Origin: an uncultured Holophagales bacterium
GTDB taxonomy: Bacteria; Acidobacteriota; Thermoanaerobaculia; Multivoradales; UBA5704
Assembly (NCBI GenBank): GCA_963842525.1
Contig: CAWJGT010000025.1
Coordinates: 160,001 to 224,000, forward strand
Direction: 5' to 3'
DNA length: 64,000 nt
Each line of letters opens with the position of its first letter. The stretch's first letter is position 1. The position numbers and the translations under genes are program-made. Shown one piece after another: positions 10,517 through 20,325 of this stretch. The notes beneath the pieces are model-generated. The model searched no databases, was not told where the DNA came from, and saw nothing but the letters and a program-made list of their open reading frames with translations.

Positions 10517-11173
10517 ATGGAAGCTCTCGGCGAACGTCTGATCCAGGTCCTGGTCTTTGGGGGAGTCTGGATCGCTGCCGGTCTGCTGGTCCTTGCGCTC
10601 GCCGGGGTCTGGCGGCTCGGCCGGGCCTGGAAGCTCCGCCGCTGGCCGGGGCGCCTCGCCGCGGTGCTGCTCGTGCTCCTCTCCGTGATCTCCGTCCTGG
10701 GGCTCTACCTGCTGCTCGGCCCGCTCTCGTCGCAGTTGGCCGAAGGCAGGGCCGTCTACGCCAAGGTCGGCCAGGAAGCGCCGGACCTCGCCTTCCGCCA
10801 GGTGTCCGACGACGCGCCGCGGCGCCTGCACGACCTCCGCGGCAAGGTGGTGCTGCTCAACATGTGGGCGACCTGGTGCCCACCGTGCCGCGAGGAGATG
10901 CCCAGCCTGGACCGGCTGCAGAAGGAGCACGGGGACCGCGGCCTGGTCGTGGTGACGGTCTCGGACGAGGACCGGGAGACGCTCCGGAAGTACGCGGCGG
11001 ACCATCCGCTCTCGACCCTCTACGTCCACGACCCGGACATCGCGCAGAAGCTCGGGTTCTACGGCCGGCCGCTGTCGCTGGTGATCGACCGCGACGGGAC
11101 GGTCCGCGAGGCCGTCATCGGAAGCCGCAGCTACGAGGCGTTCGAGCGGAAGGTGAGCAAGCTGCTGGGGTGA
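10517..11173 (+). CDS. TlpA/ResA thioredoxin-like disulfide reductase, membrane anchored
   Basis: LRGKVVLLNMWATWCPPCREEMP. Confidence 0.9.
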   Translation: MEALGERLIQVLVFGGVWIAAGLLVLALAGVWRLGRAWKLRRWPGRLAAVLLVLLSVISVLGLYLLLGPLSSQLAEGRAVYAKVGQEAPDLAFRQVSDDAPRRLHDLRGKVVLLNMWATWCPPCREEMPSLDRLQKEHGDRGLVVVTVSDEDRETLRKYAADHPLSTLYVHDPDIAQKLGFYGRPLSLVIDRDGTVREAVIGSRSYEAFERKVSKLLG

Positions 11174-11174
11174 C

Positions 11175-11226
11175 CTCACCCCCTGTCCCCCTCTCCCATC
11201 GCCCCACCCCCGACCGGGAGAGGGGG
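11175..11226 (+). repeat. REP-like hairpin CCTCACCCCCTG.CCCCCTCTCCC...GGGAGAGGGG (left flank of island)
   Basis: Related copies at ~20075, ~36640, ~42080 (inverted), ~42986 and ~43092 (inverted). Confidence 0.75.
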
Positions 11227-11344
11227 GTGACCCGGTTAGACATGCCAGCGGTGTTCATGTGAGTTCACTGGTTCCGCCCTAGAGGGAAAAGCGTTTCATG
11301 GGTTGTCAGTTGTGGCCACTTTCAGCCAGTAAGCGCGGAGTTGT

Positions 11345-11376
11345 GTGACCCGGGCGTGACCCAGTTATGCTATACT
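11345..11376 (+). promoter_or_regulatory. Putative integrase arm sites (GTGACCC x2) and extended -10 (TGcTATACT); probably a leaderless integrase mRNA
   Basis: TATACT at 11371-11376, 7 nt before ATG 11384, with no RBS. Confidence 0.45.
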
Positions 11377-11383
11377 TACGCCC

Positions 11384-12679
11384 ATGAGCTACAACATCAA
11401 ATTCGAGGATCGCACCCTGCGCGGTCTCCGCGTTCCCGATGGCAAGGACAGGCAGGAATGGAGTGACACTGTGGTCCCGGGGCTTCGCTTCCGCAAGAGC
11501 GACAAGGGGCATGGCTCCTTCTCCGTCGTCTATAGGGTCAAAGGCCAGGACAAGCAGGACCGCAGGACCATCGGACCCTTCCCTCGCGTCTCCATCGCTC
11601 AGGCCCGCGAGGAGGCGCGACAGGATCTTAACGCCGCCAGCTCGGGACGTGACCCGAAGAAGCTCCGGATGGTTCCTCCCGAGGCACCCGAGGTCCACCA
11701 GATGACCTTCGCGGAGCTCTTCGAGCTCTACATGGAGCGTCACGCTCGCGACCATCTCGCGACTTGGTACGACGTCCAGCGGCGGGTCCGCAAGGATGTG
11801 ATTCCCGTCATCGGCCAGATGCCCGCCGGCGAGGTGCGCAAGCGCCATCTCCATCTGGTCATCGACCGGCTCGTCACCGGGGGGCACGCCGTCAGCGCTC
11901 GCGGCCTGCTGTATGTGATCTCGGCCATCTTCACCTGGGCCGAGGGGCGCGAGCTCGTCGAGTACAACCCGGTCCGGCGCTTCCCTTACCCGAAGCCGGC
12001 CGCGCCTCCTCAGCGCAGGAGCCTCTCCGACGATCAGCTCCGGGCGCTGTGGTTCGCCCTTCTGGAGATCGCCGACCATTCGGTGCCCGATAAACAGGAG
12101 GAGCAGAGCAACGGCCGGTTCACCACGACCCGGGATCTCTTCGCCCTGGTGGTGCTGACGCGGCTTCTGCTGGGCCAACGCACCACCGAAACCGTCGGCA
12201 TGCGCCGCCAGGACCTAGAGGCTCAGTGGTGGAATCTGCCGGGCTACATCGGGCGGCGGCGGTATACGAAGACGGGACGGGATCACCGGGTGCCGCTGGT
12301 GCCGCTGTGGAGCGAGTATGTGCTGCCACGGGTGGAGAGGCTGAGTGCTGGGCGGCCGTATGTCTTCCCCAGCGACCGGCTGCAGGACCAGCACCTCCAC
12401 GCCGAGAGCATCACGTCGTTCTGTTCCCGGGTGTCGGCCAAGGTGGGCTTCCCCTTCGCGGCTCGCAACCTGCGGACGACGTTCCTGACCTCCATGGCTC
12501 GGCTTGGTGTGCCGCAGGAGGTCCGGCGACGGCTGGTCAACCACAGCGATGGGACCGTCGAGACGATCCACTACAACCTTTATGACTACGACGCTGAAAA
12601 GTGGGCGGCCGGGCTGCGTTGGGATGCCCATCTACGCAGCATCTTCGCCGGCGAGGCAGCCCAGGCTGGGCAGGCCTAG
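11384..12679 (+). CDS. Tyrosine recombinase/integrase (P4-like, arm-DNA-binding domain)
   Basis: VPGLRFR...RRTIGPFPRVSIAQAREEA; GQRTTE; TKTGRDHRVPL; RNLRTTF; LVNH; HYNLYDY. Confidence 0.9.
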   Translation: MSYNIKFEDRTLRGLRVPDGKDRQEWSDTVVPGLRFRKSDKGHGSFSVVYRVKGQDKQDRRTIGPFPRVSIAQAREEARQDLNAASSGRDPKKLRMVPPEAPEVHQMTFAELFELYMERHARDHLATWYDVQRRVRKDVIPVIGQMPAGEVRKRHLHLVIDRLVTGGHAVSARGLLYVISAIFTWAEGRELVEYNPVRRFPYPKPAAPPQRRSLSDDQLRALWFALLEIADHSVPDKQEEQSNGRFTTTRDLFALVVLTRLLLGQRTTETVGMRRQDLEAQWWNLPGYIGRRRYTKTGRDHRVPLVPLWSEYVLPRVERLSAGRPYVFPSDRLQDQHLHAESITSFCSRVSAKVGFPFAARNLRTTFLTSMARLGVPQEVRRRLVNHSDGTVETIHYNLYDYDAEKWAAGLRWDAHLRSIFAGEAAQAGQA

Positions 12680-12927
12680 GCGGCCCAATCGCGCCGGCCC
12701 TCTTGCCATTCACGCAGCTTGTCCACGCGAAAGGCTTCCCTTCCGGGACTGAGAGTCTCGGGGGCAGGGAACCGGCCGGCCGCGATTTCCCGCCGCAACG
12801 TAGAGCGGGATAAGCTTGACCAACTGATCACCTCGGGCCAGGTCATGAACCGGGGGAGCACTTCACGGACGTTGGACAACGTGTACCGACTCGGCAGTGG
12901 CTGCTGCGGTCTGTGGACGTTTTTCAT
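12676..12927 (-). CDS. AlpA family regulator/excisionase
   Basis: FMTWPEVISWSSLSRSTLRREIAAGRFPAP...LREW. Confidence 0.8.
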   Translation of the reverse strand: MKNVHRPQQPLPSRYTLSNVREVLPRFMTWPEVISWSSLSRSTLRREIAAGRFPAPETLSPGREAFRVDKLREWQEGRRDWAA

Positions 12928-13021
12928 CGGTTTTACCTCGTATGAACTTGTATTGGCTGATGGCCCTGGCCGAGGGCGACACACAGAAAGCGCGCGAGCT
13001 GGCCGGCGTAGGTCGCGACTC

Positions 13022-13423
13022 TCACTTGCGTTTCCTGCGAGCCGGCGCGGGTTGGTGGTTGCGGTAGCGCTTGAGAACGGTGCGGATACCCTCGGCGGTT
13101 AACGGGCCTCGTGCCCCTGGAAACACGGGCTCGGGCACGGCCCAGAGCCGGCTTTCCATCAGCCAGGCGAGCAGCCGGGCTCCGAGGTCGGTGGGCAGAG
13201 GGGCGGACCAAGTGATGCCTTGGCGATGGACCGCAATGACGAGCTTGCTGTCGGCCATGGTGATGGCCGAGGCCTGGAGGGCTGCGATCTCGACGGCACT
13301 CAGGCCCGCCGCGATGAGAGCGAGGAGGGCGCCGTCACGTAGCCCCACGGCCTTGCCGGAATACACCCTGCCGGGATCGACGCGGGGAAGGAGCTTGTGA
13401 GCGTGGTTCGGATCGAGACGCAT
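13022..13423 (-). CDS. Truncated, probably inactive tyrosine-recombinase-like protein
   Basis: LRDGALLALIAAGLSAVEIAAL (box I, Arg replaced by Ser), PVFPG...LTAEGIRTVLKRY; no HxLR box or catalytic Tyr. Confidence 0.55.
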   Translation of the reverse strand: MRLDPNHAHKLLPRVDPGRVYSGKAVGLRDGALLALIAAGLSAVEIAALQASAITMADSKLVIAVHRQGITWSAPLPTDLGARLLAWLMESRLWAVPEPVFPGARGPLTAEGIRTVLKRYRNHQPAPARRKRK

Positions 13424-13900
13424 CAGGATGGCTCCCGGTGTTGCACGGCGTGGCGGCCCTGAGATCGCTCAGCGAAGGCACAAGAGATTCCGGTACTTCG
13501 GGCGGTGCTTGCGCCTCTGCAGGTCGCATGGCCGCCCGGCCAAGGTGTGGAGGCGGCGATTGCTGCTCCGACCGGAGCGGGTGCACGGCGGGAGCCGCTC
13601 TCCTCTTTCCTCTTTCCCAGCCGGGCTGGGTGGGGGAAAGTTGAGCGGGCCACCGGTGCTTGTAGGTTCCAGGGTGATGGGTTGGTCATCTTGGCTCCTC
13701 TCTCTGTCGGAGAGCAGGTTCCTTCGAGGAGCGCAAGACTTCCAAACCGACAGGAGGGCGAAATTTTGCGTAAGTCATTCGTACTAAAGGCGATTGACGG
13801 CTGAGGGCACAGGCAAATTGTCGAGAATAATCTCGACAATTCGGAGTCTGGACGCCTTCCGCCGCCGCAGAGTCGCGCGGGATGTGCTCCCGATCCGTGT

Positions 13901-14575
13901 TCAGGGGGCCGCAAGGAACCTCCATACCCTGGCCTGTCGGCGGGCGCGGTCTTTCTCGCTGTAGGTCGCTGCTGGGGCGATGAGGCCCACCTTTTTCGCC
14001 CGGTGCAGGGACTGGTTGGCCGTCTGAGGGCTGACACCCAGGACATCCGCGGCGTCCCGGCAGGCGAGGAAGAACTCTCCTCCATGGCTCCGCTGCCCGA
14101 GCCAGTAGCAGAGCGATGCCAGGCTGCGGAGGGTTGCGTCGCCGGGGTGGCTGAAGCGCAGCCCCAAGTCGAGAGGGCTGGCCTCGGCCAGCCGGGCGGC
14201 TTCCTTCACGAAGGAACCCAGGAGGTACGGCGAGGTGACCGCGTCCCAGGCTGCGATAAAGTCGGTCCGGGGATCGCTGAGCTGGTTGCAGGAGTCGAAG
14301 TCTTGCAGGCCGAGGTCGAGCCAAGGATTGGGAGACTCGGGATACATCTCGGCCAACTCGGCATCGAGGCGAGCTGTCGCCGCTTCAGCATCGAGACCGG
14401 TCAGCTCGCCATGCTCTTTGAGGCATCTCGCGAACAGCCAGGCAGGGCTCCGGTAGTCTTTCGGCTGCCTGGAACCGAGGTGCTCCAGGAGCTCTCTCGT
14501 GCTCCGGCTCGCTGCCCTCGCAAGGAGCTTGCGAAGCTCGGAATTTCCTTTCGCGGACGGTGATCGGCTCGGCAT
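13901..14575 (-). CDS. Hypothetical protein with C-terminal winged HTH (replication-protein-like)
   Basis: FFLACRDAADVLGVSPQTANQSLHRAKKVGLI...ARVWRF; GGAGAG RBS. Confidence 0.55.
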   Translation of the reverse strand: MPSRSPSAKGNSELRKLLARAASRSTRELLEHLGSRQPKDYRSPAWLFARCLKEHGELTGLDAEAATARLDAELAEMYPESPNPWLDLGLQDFDSCNQLSDPRTDFIAAWDAVTSPYLLGSFVKEAARLAEASPLDLGLRFSHPGDATLRSLASLCYWLGQRSHGGEFFLACRDAADVLGVSPQTANQSLHRAKKVGLIAPAATYSEKDRARRQARVWRFLAAP

Positions 14576-14698
14576 CTTGCTCTCTCCTTCCCAGCGAGCA
14601 GATTGCTCCCCGGAGCGCAAGACCTCCAAACCGGCAGGAAGGCCAGATCTGGCGTAAACGACTCAATACACTGGGGATATATGGTTCACAGCGAGAGA

Positions 14699-14895
14699 AA
14701 AGTTGTCCTGTTGAACAGGACAACTTTGACGGCACTAGGAATTTCTTGTTGCTAACAGCCAGCTTGACACAGGAGGCTCAAGCTACTCAGGGAGATTCAA
14801 GAAACCCACAGAATCTTGTATTCAGGTAGGGAGGAAGGGAAGGTTCTTGGGCTTCTTGAGTTTCTTGGGTTTCTTTGCGCTTCTTGTGTCAGCTA
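14699..14895. promoter_or_regulatory. Putative origin-like region: perfect 14-bp inverted repeat plus iteron-like ~9-bp repeats
   Basis: AAAGTTGTCCTGTT-G-AACAGGACAACTTT (14699-14727); CAAGAA(A/G)C repeats on the minus strand at 14845-14890. Confidence 0.45.
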
Positions 14896-15009
14896 CCACG
14901 AGCTACTCCAGGTCAGGTATTGACTCAACTCAAACCAAGGTGCTCCGTCCGGCCCCGCAGGGGCCGAGACCGAAGGTCTCCGGCGCCGGTGTCAAAGGGC
15001 GCAGCCCGC

Positions 15010-15404
15010 TGCACCCTTTTCTGCCAAAAAGGGATGCACTCCGCTTCGCCCTTTTCCCACGAAAAGGTGGTCCATAGGCGTGGCGCTTTTCAGCGCAAGC
15101 GCCGGAGGCGCGACGGCAGACGGCAGGGGATGACACGGACGAGCACAGACGGGCACGAGGCCGGCTCCGAAAACCTGGCTGCCTGCTTCCGGTTTCTCAC
15201 CGGAAAACCGGCTGCGGGCAGCCGATTTTCCCCCGAAACTCGCTGTCGGCAGCCAGTTTTCCTTCCCGAGCGAGCAAAGATGGCAAGGACTGACACGGCC
15301 GGGCACGGCGACACGGCCGGCGGGGGAAACGGGTCAGGGAAAAAAGGGTGCGCTCGGCCGCACCCTTTTGCGCAGAAAGGGTGCGCTCCACCGCACCCTT
15401 TTCG
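15010..15404. repeat. Cluster of short palindromic repeats (GCACCCTTTT..AAAGGGTGC; GAAAACCGGCTG..CAGCCG.TTTTC)
   Basis: Visible at 15010-15070, 15168-15262 and 15340-15404. Confidence 0.55.
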
Positions 15405-15407
15405 ACC

Positions 15408-16698
15408 TCACGCACGTGCCCGGGCGAGGGTGGCGGCGACATCGCGGGCAAGGTCGGCGGTGGCGGTTTCGCGGCGGGCGGCTTCTTGGAAGACGAGGAG
15501 GGCGGCCAGGGCTTCTCGGGGGAGATCCAGGTCTCGGAAGACGGTGACCATCTCGTCGGCCAGGCGGCGGACTTCGGCAGCACTTCCCTCCCCCATGTAT
15601 GAGATCGCCAGATCCAGGGCGGCGAGGGCGGCATCGAATGTGTTGCCGTCGTCGAGGAACTTCTGGCGGACCTCGGCCAGGAGATCGCGGGCCCGGGCCT
15701 AGTCTCCCAGGCCGGCGGCGATGCGGCCCTCCACCCATTCCAGGCGGACTCGGTCGAGGGTGCTCCCGTGGGCTGCGGCGACTGCCTTCAGCTCCGGGAG
15801 AAGGTCGGCTGCCTCGGAGTGGCGGCCGGCTTTCGAGAGGCTGTCCACGAGATTGTGGCGAACGCAGAGGACGAGGCGCGGCTCCCGGGCCGGGTCGATG
15901 AGTCCGTTTGCCTTCCTCAGGGCCTCGATGGCGGCCTCCGGTTCGCCCAGCTCGATGAGCGCGCCGGCTTTCAAGATGAGGCTTCGGCCGGCGAGGTGCG
16001 GATCCCGGTGCTCGGGTTGACCCTCCAGGAAGAGGGCCACGGCCTGGTCGAGCAGCTCGAAGGCTTCGGGAAAGCGGCGCTGCGCCACGCGAAGGGAGGC
16101 CTTCAGGTCCAGGAGGACAGGCTCATAGCCCAGGGCGTCTTCGGAGCCCTCGGTTCCCGCCTCCCACCAGGAGTCCGACATCTCGAAGCACCGCTCGCCT
16201 GCGGGCAGATCGCCCTGCACTCGGCGGGCGTTGCCGAGCCCGGCCCAGGCAAGGCTTCGGAGCTGGTAGACCCAGGGCTCCTCGAACAGCTCGCTGTCTG
16301 AGATCCTGTCGGCCACGTGGACGGCGAGGTCGGCGAGGTGGAGGGCCTCCGCCGGCTGCTCCGGCGCGGTCTGACAGCTCCTGCGGACCAGCAGCTCGCA
16401 GAGGGCCCCAGCTCACGAAGCGCGGGTCGGCGTGGAGGCGGGCGAGGCGCTCCTCCGGATCGAACGGCGCGAGCTCCTGCAGGAGCCGGGGGGCCTCGGC
16501 TCGTGACCGGGCGAGGGCGGCGTCGATTGACCGAAGACGGGAGGGAGGGCGTTGGCCTGGTGAAGCTCGAGGAGCCAGCCGCCGACCTCTCTACAGCGGG
16601 GACAGAGGTCCAGCAGGTGGAAGAGCTGCTCATTCTGCTCCGCGGTCCGTGGCGAGCAGACGCTCCAAAGCGGCGGTGTCGAGATGCTTGTGCTCCAT
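15408..16698 (-). pseudogene. TPR-like helical repeat protein with N-terminal H-x4-CxxC motif; two frameshifts and an in-frame TAG (15699-15701)
   Basis: Reconstructed MEHKHLDTAALERLL...LFHLLDLCPRC...WALCELL...LGNARRVQGDL...DPAREPRLVLCVRHNL...WVEGRIAAGLGD*ARARDLLAEVR...FDAALAALDLA...REALAALLVF. Confidence 0.7.
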
Positions 16699-16812
16699 GC
16701 GATCTCTCCTCGGGTTGTTCCTGGCGGAGAAGAATAGCGTAGGTACGGAACATCGAGAAGGCTGATGGCGAAAATGCGGGCCGGAAATCTGCCGCCCGGC
16801 CCGCAAGCACGC

Positions 16813-17094
16813 TCAAGGACGGCCGTTGGGATCGAGGATGGAGCCGTTTTCGCTGCCGGGCTCGGAACTCGTGCTGGCGCCGTTCGGTTCGAGGGCGGAG
16901 CCGTTCTCGCTCCAGAAGGCGGAGAGGAAGCTCCAGAGCTGGGCGAAGAGGCCTGGGGTGACCTGCGGGTGCTCGGCGGCCGAGTGGATGGTGTGGCCCT
17001 GGGGTAGGGCCTTGGCGTGGACGGGGGCGAGGAGGATGAAGGCCAGCAGGGCCAGAGTGAGGAGGATGGGGGGGCGGGCGGGGTATCGGGGCAT
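16813..17094 (-). CDS. Secreted peptide precursor with duplicated SENGSxL(E/D)PNG core
   Basis: AGGAG RBS; signal peptide ending VHA; cores SENGSALEPNG and SENGSILDPNG. Confidence 0.75.
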   Translation of the reverse strand: MPRYPARPPILLTLALLAFILLAPVHAKALPQGHTIHSAAEHPQVTPGLFAQLWSFLSAFWSENGSALEPNGASTSSEPGSENGSILDPNGRP

Positions 17095-17414
17095 GGGATC
17101 TCCTGAGGGCCGCCGCGGCTCGGGCCTTTATGGCCGGAGGGGGAGAGGCCTTCAGGATGAAGTGTGCACTGCCCTACCTGGAAAGAGCTGAGATGCTGGG
17201 ACTGGGACGGATACGGAGGGCTCTCGGGCAGAGCTGAGCGGGGCCGGGGCGTGGCAGTAGGGCCTCAACTGCCCGCCTGGATGCGGGGGTGGCCGAGGGG
17301 GCGAAGGGCCCTCTGGCGGGTGGGTGGGGGCCACGGTCGGTCAGAGAAACGGGTAGCACCTATCCGGGGTGGAACTGGGCCAGTGTTCCCAGAAGCGCGT
17401 CACTACCGCTAGGT

Positions 17415-19301
17415 TCAACGCCCGGGCTTCGGTCTCCAAGGGGCGAAGGTTCGATGCCAACGCCCGGGAGAAGCTTTTGGTTGGAGGAACTTCCTTCGTG
17501 CAAGTCGCGTGACAGTATGATTTGGCCCCAGGCCCAGCTCAAAGACCTCTACCATCCCCTGTAATGTTGGCCCGATCGTCGAATCGACCCCGCCTTCCAA
17601 GAAGACGCTCTTGTCCATCATCGAGGCCAGACGGAGCATTGGTTGCTCCGGAAAACGGATCGTTTCGTCAAGGTCCAGAGGAAAGAAAGAGTCGAGCAGT
17701 CGCAGACAGCGGCCTATCCATTCCTTACGGCGTATTTCAGGTGTCCTGGTTCTGAGGACCAATTGAACAACTCGGTGGACAAGAAATTTTTGATTCTAAC
17801 GAGTTATCATGGAATAGGAGGCCAGCTTAGCCAGAGCCTCTCGAACGGACTCCGCAGTCGGAGGCTGGCGAGTTTCCTTCCGAAAGGCTTTCGTCGCTTC
17901 TTCGACCAGAGCAGTGCTCTTCTCGAACATAGACTCGGGAATTGGATCTGGGGCGAGAAAGGCAGCTAGTCGCAGGATAGAAGCCGCCTTGGGCCGAAGT
18001 TGGCGAAAAGTTGTCTGCCAAGTTGTGGCCACAGAGAAGGGGTACTCCATAATACTATCGTCGTGCCACTCCAAAACTTCTTCGCGTTCTCTCTCCCATT
18101 CCTTCAGGTACTCGCGGAATGTAATCTGATGATGGACAATGTAAGCGGCTGCTTGCTGAAGAGCCAGCGGAAGGCCGCCAAGAGTCATTGCCAGACGCCT
18201 GGCTTGCTCGACCTGATCTTCGGCACGCCGCCTTTCTCCCTCTGTGCACTGGAGAAGGAATTGCGTCGCTTCTTCTGAGCTCAATTCCCCAATCGGCTGC
18301 TTCCGAACGGTCGGCGGCCATTCCCTTCGACGCGAAGTCAGAATGACGTGGCCATTTGTGAGTTTAGGAAGAATCTCACGCACCGCCTTGGCCGAGTCCT
18401 CCGTATCTACGTTGTCAAGGATCAACAGCCAATTGGTATGTTCCCGGAGCCAACGGATGACCGCCCCGACCGATTCGTAAATTTCCAGCTCCTCTCCACT
18501 GACCGCTAACCATTTTTCGCGATTTAACAAATCCTTCCTTGGGTCGAATTCGGGTAGATTGAGAAGGCCAGGGCTTGCAAGGTCTGCCAAACCAGATTGA
18601 AGCGCCGAAGGCGAGTCTGCAACTACAAAAAATATTGCGTCATATTGGTCCCCTGAACGCCAAGCATATTCTACCGCCAGCCGGGTCTTGCCGATGCCGC
18701 CCAAACCAGAAATCGCCTGAGCCTGCGTAAGTGCCGTCGCCTGGGCAGAAGTGTTGAGGTTCACAATAAGACGCCGCAGTTCATCTTCCCTTCCTTTGAA
18801 GAGATCACCAAGAGGAGAGAGGGGGAGATTGTGGAGGCTAGGAGCGGCGGCAGGTGTAAGTGGCGGATGGCTCGGAAATGGATCTGGCGGTAGGAGCCGA
18901 ACTGCTTGAGCGAGACGCTCCAATTCCGGCTGAGAGAGGCCCTTCCGTAGGTCAATTCGCAAGAAGCCCTTTAGAAACAAGATAACGTCAGTAGCATCTT
19001 CCTGCAAGCCGGGGAGCAGTAAGGGTATAACAGGTATTTTCCGCTCGACATTTTGAGCGATGCAGGCTTCGATCTCGGGGACCTGCCATCGCCCCAGGCC
19101 ATGAGGGCCCAGGAAGATAATCGCTCCCGTAGTCTGTGCGATGACATCCTGGATTTCCTGCATCCAGCGCTCTCCAGGACCGAGTTCACGCTCGTCCATC
19201 CACACATGAACGCCGAGATTCTCCAAGGCCATCCGAACCCGATGGACAACCTCTCGGTCCTTGCTATTATAGCTGAAGAATACGCCGACGCTGTTGGTCA
19301 T
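17415..19301 (-). CDS. TIR-NB-ARC (STAND) protein with in-frame TAG at 17796-17798 (possible pseudogene)
   Basis: VFFSYNSKD...WQVPEIEA (TIR); GLGGIGKT; LLILDNVD; LGGLPLAL; the frame continues past TAG as NQKFLVHRVVQLVLR...LGPNH. Confidence 0.8.
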
Positions 19302-19306
19302 GTAAA

Positions 19307-19560
19307 CTATACCCAGCCCACCAATTCCCGGCGAATCGTCTCGCCAGCACTTTCGATACCAGAACCGATATCCACGTATACGATCCCCGAAAGGTCAGAT
19401 GGTAGCTCCAAAGGTCCAGTGTACAGCAGGATCACGCGACCCCGCTTGCGCTGGAACTTCCCCAAAAAATAGCCTAATTCAAACACTACATTTTGACGAG
19501 AGCGGCGTTTCTCCTCGTTTGAGGACTCCGGCCCCACCACCCTATCGTCTGGTGCATCGT
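19307..19560 (-). pseudogene. C-terminal half of a CAP12/Pycsar-type TIR-like nucleotide-binding domain
   Basis: PDD...RSRQNVVFELGYFLGK..R.RVILL...ELPSDLSGIVY; N-terminal half absent. Confidence 0.75.
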
Positions 19561-19588
19561 GCCGCCGGCCATAGACCAAGACGCTCGG

Positions 19589-19866
19589 CTACGATCTCAC
19601 CCCGGAAGAGTGGCGGCTCTATGACGTGGGTGGCACCCCGGACCTTGGTGAGGGCGCCAAGCTCTTCGAGGCTCAGGGGGCGGCGGACCTGGCGGCGTGT
19701 TGAGACGCCGATGCCCTCCACGAGGAACCGGCTGCCGAAGGGGGCGACTCTCTGGATCTCGACGAGCTCGCCCGGCTCGAGGCCAGAGACGATGTCGCCG
19801 GGCTGGAGGTCGGGGCTCGAGCTTGAGCTCGGAGCCGGCGGACGGGGGTGGGAGGCCTGGGGTCAT
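19589..19866 (-). pseudogene. Remnant resembling the N-terminus of SNF2-type defence helicases
   Basis: LQPGDIVSGLEPGELVEIQRVAPFGSRFLVEGIGVSTRRQVRRPLSLEELGALTKVRG, then an abrupt end. Similarity recalled, not searched. Confidence 0.45.
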
Positions 19867-20325
19867 GGGTGGACCAAGAGGGGGTCAGGGCCTTCCGCCT
19901 CGGGCCGGCGGGGCGAGCGGTGGTGGCTGGAGCTGTCGGTCATTCGGTGGTTATTGTAATTCGTGGGGAGGGTGGGGCTCAAGGGTGGGGGGGAGGGAGT
20001 CGTGGAGGGACTCACGGACGGTCACGGACCCTCACAGACCCTTCGGAGCTTCGGAAGGGCGGCTGCGCCGGGACCCTCACCCCCTGGCCCCCTCTCCCAC
20101 ACGCACTCCCGCCCGGGCGAGAGGGCGTCTTCCCTTCCAGGAGTCGTGGCGGGTAAAATGGTATTATGCGTTCAGGTGCGTGGCCCAACAGGTCTGAGGG
20201 AGAAGCCTAGAAGCGTCGGTGCGGGACTCTCTCGGCACCAAAGAAGGTATATACGATTGGCCATGTCGCAATGTTATCGATTATCGGTGGCCCAACTCGA
20301 CGCACGGCTTCACTGGTGAGTAGAT

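Noticed and set aside
13728-13760. Sigma54 promoter in the duplicated leader
   Set aside because: GG and GC spacing does not fit -24/-12.
15699-17798. Genome-wide TAG recoding
   Set aside because: TAG terminates clearly complete genes (vapC, integrase, parE, DUF1579).
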